Source of the DNA: Pseudovirgaria hyperparasitica
Taxonomy: Eukaryota
Length of the DNA: 64,000 nucleotides
Reading direction: 5' to 3' (one strand)
NCBI GenBank assembly: GCA_010093815.1
Contig: ML996577.1
The notes beneath the pieces are model-generated. The model worked only from the letters and a program-made list of their open reading frames with translations. It did not search any database and was not told the DNA's origin. Below are positions 12,442-26,400 of the stretch, one piece after another; position 1 is the stretch's first letter, and each line of letters begins with the position of its first letter. The position numbers and the translations under genes are program-made.

Positions 12442-13425
12442 TGTATTGAGGTGATGGACAGTAAGGTTAGCGCTCGATGCGCGAAGCTCAAGATCAGCTC
12501 ACAAAATGTCCTCGCTGAGATTATTCCTCGTGTATTGCCTTCCCAGGCCGAGCAGTCAAGCGTAATTCCACCAGGTATACATCCACAGTAGACTAGAATA
12601 CTACCTCCTTACTACCTCCCGCACACATCTACCAGGATGAAAGACCCTAGAGAAGATTTATAAACACTCGCGTAGCATTCATTCATGGTCCAAAATCTGA
12701 GAGATAGATTGCGATAAAGTGAATAATAATATGGGAAACCATCTATATGTGTCTAGAGAGTATATTCATAGACTGACACCTCATAGCACCGAGACCCAGT
12801 TTTTTTTAAAAGAAAAAAGGTTTATAACTAACACGCACCAAGCTTTATGACATATCTGTCATGCTTTATATAGGGTGGGATGATTTCTGTGTGAATTATC
12901 AATCTAGGAACACTGATTCATTCCCCCATAAATATACCCTTGTCTGTCTATCACCCGACACGAGGCACATATATGATAGACTTTATTAGATCTGGCTAAT
13001 GAGGTCTTAGAGTCATATCCGATATGATACTTTTCTGTTCAGAGAGCGTCCTCTCAAGAGAGACATGTTCGCTGCTTCTTTCACAATATCGTTGCCACAT
13101 TAGCGTATCACTCGAATTGCATGCTTACTTTCTAGCATCTCAAATCAGTCTCGCTCAGGAAGTAGGTGACATGTACGTAGGTCTTCCCACTTGGCCGGCG
13201 CGGTAATATATCAGTGGATAGACTTGGTGTAATGACTTTGGCGGCCTAAACGCACCCCTATATAATCTTTCATTGACGATCAACCGTGGCAGTATGACGC
13301 TAGTTAGTACATACTACGTATACCATTTCTCCATCTTATCAGAGATTATAGCATCACCGGGCAGTGTTTTGGTCTCAAAATTAGACATATCCCTACTGCG
13401 TATAGCAAGGGGTTATGTTGTCGCA

Positions 13426-14176
13426 CTATTTTGGCACCAACGACACAGAGTCTAATGCCGATTTTCTTAGTTTCCATTTCTCTTCAACACGTTTCCCCAG
13501 TCCAAGCGTGCGCAAGACATGTGCCAGGTAGCTGGATTCGAACACAATAGATTCGCGAAAACTGTCTTCGGTTGTATCTCCTTCTTTTCGGTCCAGGTGT
13601 TCTTGATACTGATCCACGCAATCTTTTATATTACGGTTACTTACGTCAACATAAATGGCAAACTTCTCGAATTCTCGTGAGTACTCTCGAGTTTTGGTCC
13701 CAAATACTAGAAGAGTCAGCGTGAAGTCCTCGTCAGATCTATACCGGTACAGAGAGTCTCTTGCCTCCATAGTATGACAACCCCATCGATCGCATTGCAT
13801 TCCACAATTCTTTCAGGTTCACAGGCAGCGCCTGGGGATTCTCGGCCAGCTTCAGCCGATACTTCTTATCCTGAAAGGCCTGAGTTATCACCCTGGAAGC
13901 TACTAGAAAGTGCTCTGCCTCTAGTATAAAATCTTGGGCATCCTTGGCCTCTTGGGGGAGAGTGGCCTGTCTTTCTTCACTCGGATCAGGCGCCCGTTTT
14001 TTCCACTCTTTGATCGCGGCCTCGGCACTCAGTTCAGCGAACAGCGTCGTGCGAAGAATATCTATTTCGAAGAATACATAGTTGAAGAGATCATCACCAC
14101 TCAGGCTTTCGAGATCAGTCGTATTGAGCTTCACGTCGGGAACAACGGTTTTTCTTGAGGATCCAGAAGGAGCCAT
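13426..14176 (-). CDS. Orphan helical hypothetical protein (about 230 aa) made from two ORFs joined by a putative GC-AG intron 13707..13764
   Basis: ORFs 13739..14176 and 13426..13800 overlap in different frames. Removing 58 nt (AG|GCAAGA...GCTGAC...CTAG) fuses them exactly in frame. A TATA-like tract lies at about 14304-14312. Confidence 0.55.
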
Positions 14177-16440
14177 AATTGAAACGGAGCTTGAGATAAA
14201 AGGAGCCTTCGTAAAGTAGCTTTTGGTGAAATTTCAAGTCAGTGTTAGCCTGTGTCGATGGAGGTTAGAAGTAGAATGCGAATAATTTGGAAGCAAGACT
14301 CCTTTATATATATGGAGCTCACTGAGCTGTGTCCGAATCTTCACTGAACCCTAGCAAAACGATTATATGGCCGTACCTTTTAACCTCGCTTATATTCCAC
14401 CTTCACTGTTCTGGGTTGTTCATGCTTAGTCTACTTGGTTTCTGTTCTTTGACCTCCGCTTTATCTGCTTTGACTGCCTAGCTCAAAGGGTCCCTGTGAT
14501 ATTCTTTGAAAGAACTTTCTAGCACGGAGTTATGGCTAAAAAGTCGTGTATTTCAGTCATGAGACTCATTCACCTTTCTCTCCAAGTGCATTTCAGTTCT
14601 CTCAATATATTCAATGTGGATCATATGTCCACTAACAAACCAATGAGACATAGAGATTTCCCTCATTCACACCCATCGATTACCATTAAAAAGCCAAAAC
14701 TAAGAGGAACTCCATTAACAGTGCAGTTAGATTTCTTCATAATATTCCAAAGCGATCACAGAACAACTCTTGATGGGTTGCATGAGCTCTTAGTTAGGTT
14801 CATATTGTGTAGATGATTCGAAACCAGAACCATAGAACATAACACAAGTAAGGTTCCAATGCCAAACTTGCTTGAACGCTATGAAGAGCCTGCCCATCAT
14901 ATACTCTGTATCACCGCCTTTGTGCTTGTTTTGAGACCTGTATCCATACCAGACAGTCAGTTGACATCCCGCATAATATGAGTCTTGTTAAGCAAGTGTA
15001 TATCAAACCTCAATAGAACTCAAGCGTTGACTTGGATCCCTTCTAAGCCATGTCAATAGATTTGGGTGCAAATTTAATGCATTCCAACCTCACAAAGAAT
15101 GTTACCTACTTATCTGCCACCGAGCTTGTTCTTTCTTTGTTCTAGGATCTGGTTCGTTCTTACTGGCTAGACATCATGCATCAACGACCTTTTGGATATT
15201 AAACTTGCGTCATGTAAAGTTTGTTCTAGATGTAACGTAAGTCCCAAACATGTATTTTCAGCACCGCCACGAATAATTCACCTTGTTAGCACTCTTGAAG
15301 TCATCTGTGAACCCGTATCCTGCCAACATGAAGTGCCTCGTCTGTCAAAACTCAAGAGATCGGATACAGGGACTCCAATATTCATGTGAAGCACTTTAGG
15401 GCTCTATCCTAAGATGAAGGTAACAATATGGAGGCTCAGCTTCCTCGCATATACCGCCCTTGCTTAGGCATGGTGGCTTTACTCGGGTCTTGTGTTACCA
15501 GAGTGAGGCAAAGGACAGACCTTGCCTCGATGAGTCACTATTGGACTTGTCCATCGTCTTTCACCCACAAGTCTTTTATTATAACTCTATCACCATACAA
15601 ACCCACAAATTGTACAGTAGTTCAAATCTGGAATGAAGTCTAAAATAGCGAGCATGGCTGCACGCTACTCGGAGGATCTAGAATTTGAAGTTGATACAAG
15701 CATCGGAGGTCATGAAATCGTGGACGTGCTTCGGAATCGCTCAAGGAAATCGCTCCACATTCGGGCGGTACTACCCATGCTTCAGCTAACTGGTGAGTAT
15801 GTAAACTGTTGAAAAACTAAACATTCGGTCGTGCATCACGGAAATGAAAGGTTATAATTGTGAGATATGAATAAAATCAGCAGTGTAAGTCTAGAGGTGA
15901 GAAAAGAACATGTATCGATTCATACCATACTAATACATGGCGCTGGATTCATGATGCCTGAACGCTACGAGGACAAAGACGTGGAACAGGCATATTGTGT
16001 TGACTCTGCTTCCAAAACTTAACCATATACTTTCTTTGTTCGGTTGAAGAGAATTTGGACCTTTGGTATGGTGTTACAAAGTCAAGTCCTCTGTGCAACA
16101 AGGCGATTGTTGTAGGTGAGCGACAGCAATGAGTTAAAACTTCGATCTTGACGTTTGATATATCAGTTTCTAATAATTACTGAATGAAGTAAGTGTTCGA
16201 GTACGTTTGACAATACTTTACTTGTTCGTCTCTCTCTTGCCTATCTGCGTCTAGATAGAAGCACGGAAGCGTTTTGGCCCCCACATCATACGATCCATCG
16301 TCAGCGCACCTACCAGGCTGTGAACAACTGATCAGCCCCTAGTAGTGGAAAGTGGATCGCAGGATTACAGCCACATATATACCAAGCATGGCTCCCACAT
16401 TTCCTCTTTCGCGAACTCATTGATACTATCTAGGATAACA

Positions 16441-17295
16441 ATGGGTGCCCCCGATGCCGACCCGACCCTCACCATTCCCTCAATCACCCAACCGAATCCT
16501 CGCTCGACACCGAAGCCTGGCCTAATAATCATCCATGCCGGTCTCTATCGCACCGGCACCGCTTCCATGGCCGCCGCATACCGCATCCTTGGACTTCATG
16601 CTCATCACGGCCTCGACGACGTGCCCGGCAACAACTGGCTCGGCATCGAACACGCCGCTGAAGCCACTTTCCCACACATCGCCACATCGCCGCGACCCAA
16701 ATATACCCGTGCGGACTGGGACAAGCTGTTTGGCGCATACGACGTCGTCACGGACCTGGCCAGCGTGTTCGTGCCCGAGATGATCGCGGCGTATCCGGAG
16801 GCGAAAGTTGTGGTTGTACAGAGGGAATTTGATTCGTGGTGGGAGAGCTTTGCGAGCGAAGTCCTGAGCCACTTCCGGCGGCCCGAGGCGTGGATTGTAG
16901 GCGTGGCGACGTGGTGGTTATTGGGGGACCGCGCGATCAAGTGTATGTCGAAATTGATTCCTGGATTTTTCGGCGTAGCGCATTCACGGGACGTCGATAT
17001 TGACATCGCGAGGACGAAGTACGATGAGTACTATAGATTCGTGCGGGAGAGGGTGCCGAAGGAAAATAGGCTAGAGTATAAAATGGGAGATGGGTGGGAG
17101 CCGCTGTGTGCGTTTCTAGGGAAAGATGTACCAAAGGGAGTGGCGTTTCCACGGATTAATGATCGGATAGAGCATGCGAAGGGCTCGAACGAGAGGCTGG
17201 CGGAAGTTATGAGTGATCTTTGGAAGGTTGGTGGGCCAGTGTTGGTGGGGATTCTTGCCACTGGGGGATACTTTGTGTGGAAACGATTGCTATAA
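16441..17295 (+). CDS. P-loop sulfotransferase-like protein (Sulfotransfer_4 type, often annotated NAD-dependent epimerase) with a C-terminal membrane anchor
   Basis: IHAGLYRTGTASM, YDVVTD, YPEAKVVVVQR..DSWWES and DGWEPLCAFLG...FPRIND motifs. Confidence 0.8.
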   Translation: MGAPDADPTLTIPSITQPNPRSTPKPGLIIIHAGLYRTGTASMAAAYRILGLHAHHGLDDVPGNNWLGIEHAAEATFPHIATSPRPKYTRADWDKLFGAYDVVTDLASVFVPEMIAAYPEAKVVVVQREFDSWWESFASEVLSHFRRPEAWIVGVATWWLLGDRAIKCMSKLIPGFFGVAHSRDVDIDIARTKYDEYYRFVRERVPKENRLEYKMGDGWEPLCAFLGKDVPKGVAFPRINDRIEHAKGSNERLAEVMSDLWKVGGPVLVGILATGGYFVWKRLL

Positions 17296-17593
17296 GGGGA
17301 AATGGTGTCTCAATAGAACGAGTACAGTAAGGGGGGTATAATGTTACGATAGAACGATTTTCGGTCAAATGTACTGACGTGCAAAGATCTAATTAGAATA
17401 ACAACGCATTCAGATATGAAGATAGCATCCGAACGTGGGAATCGAGAGGCTTGGAGGACTGATGGGAAACCTCCGGAGAATGCGATATTGCACTCTATAT
17501 AGTACATAACTTCCAGTAGAGTCTTGAAAGCCTATGACGAATCGTGTACGCCCATCAAAATCAAACGCCCTGAGATAAAATGCTAATACAGTA

Positions 17594-20500
17594 TTATTTT
17601 GCGGCCATGACGTCGACATAGCGACCGCCACGCTTACCCTTCTTGACCGTACCTCCTTTCCTAGCTTGCGGTGCCCCAAGGAGGTCGTCGATCGAGCTTG
17701 CATTGCTCATAGACGTGTTGGGTCGAGACGGTGGTCCCGATGGTGGTCCGTTGCTCAAATGCGGTGGCAATAGAGGCGGGGCAGATGCACCGCCATCAAC
17801 AGAAGCGGTGGACGCAGGTGTACCAACACGTGAAGGTGGTCCTGAGGGAGGACCACCCATTGGCATCGATGTAGGAGGTCGAGTTGGAGGGCCAGATGAT
17901 ATAGGTGGACCAGCACCACTTGGAGCGCGTGAGGGAGGGCCTCGTGGAGGTGGAGGAGTGGGTGCAGAAGGCGTTGCGGCAGCGGACCCTCCCTTCTTGT
18001 TGACCCATTTCTTGAGCTCGGTGTCATAAACGAACGAGCTCTCTTCACCGAGTTTGGCTTTGATTGGACCTGGCCCAGCATTCGGGTCTTTCTTGAACCA
18101 TCCTCCAAACCACCCTTTGCCTCCGTCTTGACCCTTGGATTTGGCAGCTATTAACGTGTCAGTGAGCACTTGAGATAATCGACGAGAGGCACTCACCATC
18201 AGCTTCAGCAGCACGCTTGAAATTTTCCTCAGCCTCTTTGTCTGCTTGTGCTCGCTGTTGCTTCTTCAAGGCTTCTGCTTGCTTCAACATTTGGTCGTCA
18301 TCGTCGTCATCCATGAATGATTTTTTCTTTTTTTCAGTGGAAGTTTCCTGCTCTAGCTCGGGCTCTGGTTCGTACGGCTGATATGACGGAGGCTCATAAG
18401 AGCCCATACTAGGTGGCTCATACGCGCTTGGTACGCTGTTCGTCGGCTGGCTATGCGAAGTAATAGCCTGATCGAACGTAACTGGCACTGTCTCCTCCGT
18501 GGCAGCATTGTGACTGTCAGGCGGGACATTCGACTGATATGAACTGGTACCGTAAGGTGAATAGCCGTTGGATGGCTCTTGTACTGGCGGATTGTACTCA
18601 GTGTGCGACTTAGACGGCTGTGAAGTAGGAGCTTGTGAGGTGTTGGGAGTGGGGTTATAAGAGGGCGCATAAGGATTTGGAGCGGACGACGAAGTGTAAG
18701 AGCTTGCTTCCTGCGGCATGTACTGAGAATGTGGCTGTTCAAAGGATTGCTGGGGAGTATAGACAGCACCAGGGGCATATCGAGACGATGGAGCCTGAGG
18801 GCTGAAACCGGGAGCAGGGCTAGTGACAGAGCCATTTCCGCGATACTGACCGTACAAGTCTGCGCTCGATTGAGTTGGACTGATCGTAGGTGTGTTCCCA
18901 GCGATTCTCGCGAAGGGACCTACATCGGCTCCACCTGATTGATTGGAGGCGGCATCGCTATCATCGCCAGCAACAAAGCTATTAAACTTGGCGAGGAAAC
19001 TACCAGACACCTTCTCCATGCTTGGCTTGGAAATCCACGAAGACGAGCCGTCCTTTGGCGCTTGGGACAGACGTTTGGTAAGATCATCCAGATGGGAGAG
19101 GAAAGTTGCGTTGTAGTACGGTGAGCCCCGAGTCGACGACTTGACCACTGCCGCGATATGATCACAGTAGGATATGGAGTTGCTCCGCTGGCCGTACTCT
19201 GCTAGCGCATAGGCGTGCACAAGCTTGTATGGTTGTAGATGTGGCAAACTTGCTGTCGTTGATGACAATGATAGCCCGTATTCGTAGACTTCTGTTAGTA
19301 TTATGGCATCCAAGTCTTGTGCAATGTCGTTTGCATTTCTATGGTCGGCGCCGAACAAGACAATGTCTGCTTGTGGATCGTCGGTGCCTCCGAAATGCGC
19401 CATCGACCTGGCAAATAGGGCGCAAATATGAGCCGCATCTGTTCGTCGATAGCCAGCGAGGAGTCTTGCCAATGATAAAAGAGCCTGTGCGTCTCCCTCA
19501 CTACGATTGCCTAGGATGAGCAACAGTGTTTCTTGCCATTTGTCTAATCCCTCCAAGGCGTTCTTGTTGATGGCGGGGCCTGTAGTATTGATCATTTGGA
19601 ACCCCGCGCGGGCGGACACAGGCACAAGCTGGTCGACACTGTCTTCCCAATTACCAGCGAATACTTCGTAAAGAGCTGCTAAGGCCTGGTTGTCACCGCT
19701 TATCTTTCTGACCTCCTGGCGTACGAACTCCTGAATAACCTGCTTCCAGACATCTTTGCTCAGTGTTGACGATATTAACATGGCATGCCCCCACAACCTG
19801 TTATCAACTGCGTGCCAGGTAGCCTTTTCTCTATCTCCAGTCGATAAGTGATCGCGTAACACTGTGACAGCTTGCGGATCTACAGGTTCGGATTGAACCT
19901 TCTCCCCTGGCTGGAGCTGCGTCGAAGTCTCTACATTGACTTGTAGGATCTGTTTGACGGAATCCTCAGCAACCTTCGAGCCCTCTAGCTTCCCGTCGTT
20001 TTCAATAAAGACCTGGAGAATCTTCCAGAGCAGTAGTCGTTCATCACGTCTTCGTAGATCCTCAGTCGTAGTTCCATGAATAGCTGTCGACTGATAGTCC
20101 TTCCCCATTGTCTCAATTTGAGCCTTCATCCACACAACCACATCCTTCTTCTTACCTTTTCCCTTCAAAGGTCCAGGGAAGGTCGTGATTTTGTCATCTA
20201 AAGGCGATGTTTGCTTGATGCTCTGAAGCTTAATTTCTCCGGGAGAGCGTTTCATCGTTGGAGCAGTATTACCAGCACCGTACCTAGGCGTTTGTTGTGG
20301 AAAAGAAGTTACAACAGTGCCACCAAGGCCCCATCTGAATACTGGATAGCCTTTCCACCGCTCTAGGGGATCTTGGGCTCGTTCATCTGTAGGCACAGCG
20401 AAAACTGTATCTTGTGAATATCCTAAACGCGGAGGCATTGAGGGGAATATGCTCTCTCCAGAAATCGTCGATGGTGGGGATCCAGGACCGTGATGTGACG

Positions 20501-22806
20501 ATGGACGATCAGCATGGGCTGCGTAAGGAGGTGATTTCATTACCGTCCCAGGCGACGATGTCTGGGACCTGCGAGGAGGAGCGAAAGATTGCTGCAATGG
20601 CGCTTGCGAATTTTGTGGCTGAGGCGCATAATTTGACGTTTTACGAGGAGAGCCAGTGTTAGATGAGGCCATATCCGTAGTAGCGGGAGGAGATGCTGTA
20701 GCTCTACTGGGTTGGTAAGAAGTAGGTGGAGCCTGACTTGATGACCTTCCAGCGCCACCTTGGGACATAGTGTGATGCGCAAGCGGACTGGAAGTCCGAG
20801 GCAAGAACGACTGCGAGGATGATCTAGGTTGTGCCGTAGGTTCCGCTGCGTATCGATTTTGATTCAACCCAGTAGGGACAGCTACGGTCGAAGGAGGAGA
20901 ATATTTAGGAGGCGGAGCACTTGCAGAGATCTGTGATGGAGCGACTGCGGGCGGAGCGGGTGAGTATCTAGATGCTGCAGGTCCAGTGCTAGGTGGTGCG
21001 GGAGAATAGCGCTTCGCGGTAATTGTGGGAGCTGGTGCTAAATTTGAAGATGGAGGGGATTCGGAGAAAAGACTGAGCCTCTCAGGTTGTTGTAAATGAG
21101 ATGCAAAAGCGACCGGGTCGGTTGGTGGTTCTGAGACACTGGGTTGTGGATTTGAGGGGGGCTGTAGAGGCTGTGATGCAATTGGCGATCTTGAGGGGGC
21201 ATGGTGTACTGCAGAAGGCTGTGGCGTGTACCGTCCCGATGACTTTGGCTTAGCCACCGACGGCAATTCTTCAAAAAAGCTACTTGTGCTGGCCTTGGGT
21301 CGCAGCTGACCTCGTATCTCCGGGTTCATTGAGCTACTCGACGATGGAGGAGAGAAAGTAGTAGAGCTTTGGTATGTTTGGGGAACGGAACGAGGAGGTG
21401 GCATGCTCGCGGTGGAGTTCATACTACTGCTTCTGGGTGGTGGTGGTGGAGTCGGCTGCGCTGAAGGCACAGCCATCCGATTCGATCCGACTCTCTTCTT
21501 GGGTTGAATGATATCCGTGGGCAAGTCGTAAGGAGATGCGTATCCTCCTTTGTTCTTGTCCGCGAAGCTCTGTGCTGAGTTCGTGATAGCAGGACGTTCC
21601 GGCTTGCCATAAGAAGCTTTGCCATTTATTCCGCCATATGCTGGCGTCGACATGATCTGCGCAGTATTACTGGAGTTCGATTGAGGAACGTCTGCGAACC
21701 GGCCAGCCTGAGGTGTATACTGATTGCTCGGTGGCTGAACAGCCTGTGCGCCGACTGGTGCGTATTTGGAGTTTGATAGAGAGCCGCCAATGGCTCCATT
21801 CGTTCCATTCGAGCCAACTTGTTCGGACAGTTGCGCAGCTTCTTCCTCAAGGAAGCCCTCATCGTCGTCGAAGAGAAATGCGCTCGAATCTGCAGTTGTC
21901 CCAAAATCGTCATCCAAGGCCGCTTTCCATAGGTCATCTAGCTCATCTTGCTGGGCGGACGCTGGAGGTATTTCTGCCGCCTGTGTACCGGTGGCTTCAA
22001 AGATCAAGTCACCATCATCTCCGGGGCCCCAATCAAGGTCAGCAGGCTTTGATTGTAGGGCTGGTCCATTGGCGCTATTAGTAGCCATGGCCGATGCGTC
22101 TTTGACGCCGAGATCGAAATCATCTTCTATTTCGCCCCAGTCAACGGTCTTCTCGGTCGCCATTTCCTCCGGCTGTGACGAAGAAACAGGTCCGATATCA
22201 GCACCAATGTCGAATGAAGCATCACTAGACCCCCAATTTAATGCCGCGTCAGTTTCGGGGACCAGAGGATCCGCTGGGTTTTCTTGCTTCGCGTCCTCCA
22301 GGAAAGTGCTCTCGCTTTGTGGCTCGTAATTTTGTTCTGCAGGATGCTCTTCCATGGCGGTATCCTCACCTGCACTCGTTTCAGTGACTGGTGGCGCGTT
22401 TATCAGCCCAGAAGTGCTCGTGTTTTCGGGTGGATCTATGGGTGTTTCAGGCGCTTCCTCGGTATCCTCCTCCACAGCCATATCAAGTCCTGTTGCTCTA
22501 GAGATCAAGGGATTTGCTTTGGGATTCGCTTTTGCGTCATATGACAGATGACCTCCGTGGCGCACAAAAAACTCGTCTTCTGGTTCATCTTGACCCGTCT
22601 CTGCATCTTGCGTATCCCAACTTAATTCAGCTACCTCTTCGACCGTTTCTGTACCGGTTGACGCGTCCACATCTGCCGGGGCATTCGATGTTGTTTCTGT
22701 TGTGTCCGGTCTTGAACCCGAGTTAGGTCTTAAAGCCGGATTCCAACTGGCTGTGCCTCATTATTATATTTGCAATAGACTCTGGACGGCGACAGGACTC
22801 ACCCAT
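17594..22806 (-). CDS. SEC16: COPII coat assembly protein Sec16; exons 22806..22803 (ATGG), 22750..18197, 18147..17594
   Basis: Spliced N-terminus [10 protein letters not shown], central conserved domain ([39 protein letters not shown]), and C-terminal [14 protein letters not shown]...KWVNKK and RYVDVM. Confidence 0.93.
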
Positions 22807-23414
22807 TACGATGGTTTGTTTTATGTTCGGGGATGGAACAAATGCAGCTGCTATGCGTTAATGACATTTATTGTTGGGTCTGGCGTTCGGCTCCTGGACT
22901 TACCTATACAATGTAAGGCCGACGCGCAATCGCAAGAAACAATTCAGTTATGAACCGTCGCTCCGCACGCCATGAAATGAAACAGGTGTGAGCGCGGAAT
23001 GGAGGACCGGGTAAATGCACGACGGCGAGGGTATCTTTGGGGTGAGCGCGAACCTTGAGAGAGAGACTGGATGGAAGGGAAATTGACAACTATCCATCTA
23101 TCCCATCCCTGACGAAAGTGCTGACTTGCTGTCTTGGCGTCGCGGTGGATCCCGAGGCGCGTGTTTGGGCCGACGTAACCCCTGCTCCTGGTTAGCTGTG
23201 TTGATAGCCAAAGCCACAACTACCTGCACAGAGGCAGCGATCTTTCATCCGCATTTCAGCATATTGCGCACACTTTTAACTATAGGCAGACCTCTTGCTT
23301 AGGCTTCTACATACTTTCCCCTCGGAATCACCATCTACGCAATAGACATACTCATTTCACCAAGCAGAATCGGGTTTCCCAAGTGAACACGCGGCTTTCC
23401 TTTTAATATGAGGC

Positions 23415-26400
23415 ATGTCGCCGCCTCCTTCATACCACCAACCAAATGCGCCAGATTCTCCCGGTGACGACAGTGACTCAGATATCGCTCTCGACTTAGA
23501 TGAGCTCGATCCTGCGCCCGCCACCGAGTCTTCTCCAGCTCCTCGCCAGTCTACCGACTTTCACAACAGACCTATACGCCTGCAGAAGTTTCGGACAGGG
23601 TGGGGACGGAGGAATCGGAATAAGCCTGTTGGAACAGCACAGGAAGAAGAGGATCTTCGAGGGCTTCTGACGGACCATGTTTCAAGACCCGGACATAATG
23701 CGGACAATGCCAGTATTGACACAACTGGTGAAGACGATGCGCCTTTGTTACCAACTCACAATACTCGCGTAAGAGACAGACCTACAGAGAGCGGACTGGC
23801 GAAACTTGGAACACGACTTCGTCTACCGAGTTTCAAGTCCAACGACCCCCTAGCTATTGGCGGTCAAGATGAAGAGGATGAGCCTGCTATCGACCATGAT
23901 CCTGCCTCAAACCGAACAGTTGCGGTAGGGCAGGTTCAGACTTCCAAATTTCCTCCAAATGCAATTTCGAACGCTAAATACACGCCCTGGAGCTTTCTCC
24001 CACGGACCCTTTACAACGAGTTCTCATTTTTTCTCAATCTCTATTTCCTTCTAGTCGCACTTTCACAAATTATACCCGCCCTCCGCATTGGATATCTGAG
24101 CACTTACATTGCACCGCTGGCGTTTGTTGTTTCGATCACCATTGGGAAGGAGGCATATGATGACATTTGTCGACGGCGGCGAGACTCTGAGGCAAATTCG
24201 GAGCCATATGAAGTCTTGAGATTCGAAGATTATGGAATGGCTGATGGCACATCAAAGGAGAAGAAGAGGAAGATGCGCAAGACTCGAGGAAGAGAAGACG
24301 CTTCGAACCTATCGAGGCTAAGTGGAGAAAATGAAGACGCAAATAGCCGCCCGACGTGCAGCGTTCGCGAGATTACAAAGGCTTCAAAAGATCTCAAAGT
24401 TGGAGATATCGTAAAGATGGGCAAGGACCAGAGAGTTCCAGCAGATATGGTTCTTTTGAAGGCTTATTCCGGAGATGGAAATCAGTCTGTCGAATCTACT
24501 GTGTCCCCATCGCCTGCGGCTGTCCCGCTCATTGATATGGATGAGCAAGGTCTCAATCGAGCAACGACTACGCCAAACGTTCCTAGGGCCATTGTCGAAC
24601 CCAATGGTGAAGCCTTCATCCGAACAGATCAGTTGGACGGCGAGACCGACTGGAAACTTCGCCTTACAACGCCAATTTCTCAATCTCTAGACATACGAGA
24701 GTATACCAGACTCCGCATCACAGCCGGAAAGCCAGATAAGCGTGTGAATGATTTCGTCGGAACTTTAGAGCTCACTCCAAAGAGCAGTAGCGAATATGAC
24801 GCCGTGGAGGGAACGTCCTCGCTAATACAGGCCGTTGCTTTGACGATCGATAACACTGCTTGGGCCAACACCGTGCTTGCATCCAATTGCACAGTACTTG
24901 CGGTAGTAGTCTACACTGGAGCACAGACACGGCAGGCCTTATCAACATCACCTTCGCGTTCCAAGACTGGCCTGCTTGAGAACGAATTGAATTCGCTCAC
25001 CAAGATACTCGCCCTCTTGACGTTGACTCTGTCATTTCTGCTTGTTGCACTGCAAAAGTTCGAGCCCAAGGACAAGCACGTTTGGTACATCTCAGTCATG
25101 CGATTTTTGATCCTCTTTTCCACTATTGTTCCCGTGAGCTTGCGCGTCAATCTTGACCTTGGCAAGTCTGTTTACGCAAGGCTGATTGAGAAAGATCAAG
25201 GAATTCCTGGAACAGTGGTGAGGACAAGCACCATACCAGAAGATCTTGGGCGTATAGAGTATCTTCTCAGTGACAAGACCGGCACACTAACGCAAAACGA
25301 AATGGAAATGAAAAAGATCCATGTCGGGACGGTGTCTTATGCCAACGAGGCCATGGACGAGGTCTCTTCATATGTGCGTCAAGGTCTCGTAGGACCCAAC
25401 ACTGAGCAAGGGGTTCTCGTCACTCCAGCTACAGTCAGCACAGGCCCATCGACAGCATCAACAAGAGCGCGAAGAGAGATCAGCGCTCGAGTTCGTGATG
25501 TGGTCTTGGCTCTAGCTCTCTGTCATAACGTTACACCCACCAATGAAGAGGAAGCTGGAAAGACGGTGACTACCTATCAAGCCTCGTCTCCTGACGAGAT
25601 TGCAATTGTGCGCTGGACGGAAGCCGTCGGTGTGCGTCTTCTGCAGCGCGATCGACAGTCTATGGTCCTGCAGTCTGTCGATACTGGCAACGTGCTCGTA
25701 CGGGTCAAAATTCTGAATGTGTTCCCCTTCACGTCTGAAGGCAAGCGTATGGGCATTGTCGTCAAATTCCTCGAAGGAACCGAATCAGACGCCCGTGATG
25801 GAGGCGAGATCTGGTTCTACCAGAAAGGTGCGGATACAGTAATGACCTCGATCGTTGCCGCAAACGACTGGCTCGACGAAGAGACTGCGAATATGGCCCG
25901 CGAAGGTCTCCGCACGCTCGTGGTAGGCCGCAAAAAGCTCTCCCAAGAAACCTTCAATGACTTCGCCACACAATATACTCAGGCCTCAATATCCCTCCAA
26001 TCTCGCGAGATGGCCATGTCCCGTGTTGTAAGCCGCTTCCTCGAATCTAACCTCGAACTCCTCGGCGTCACAGGCGTCGAAGACAAACTTCAGCGCGATG
26101 TCAAGCCGTCCCTGGAACTTCTCCGCAATGCCGGTATCAAGATTTGGATGCTCACGGGGGACAAGGTTGAGACGGCGCGCTGCGTTGCTGTATCGTCCAA
26201 ACTGGTCGCTCGTGGCCAATATGTTCATACCATCGCCAAACTTGAGCGCAAAGATGCCGCTCTGGACGCTCTCGAATTCCTTGCGTCCAAGCCCGACGCC
26301 TGTCTACTCATCGATGGCGAATCCCTTGCCCTCATGCTCACCCACTTTCGCACCCAGTTCATCACTGCTGCAGTCGCCCTCCCCACCGTCGTCGCATGCC

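Noticed and set aside
15654..15831. Short ORF MAARYSEDLEFEVDTSIGGHEIVDVL... with a GTGAGT donor-like site
   Set aside because: No convincing downstream exon or family motif; at most a gene relic.
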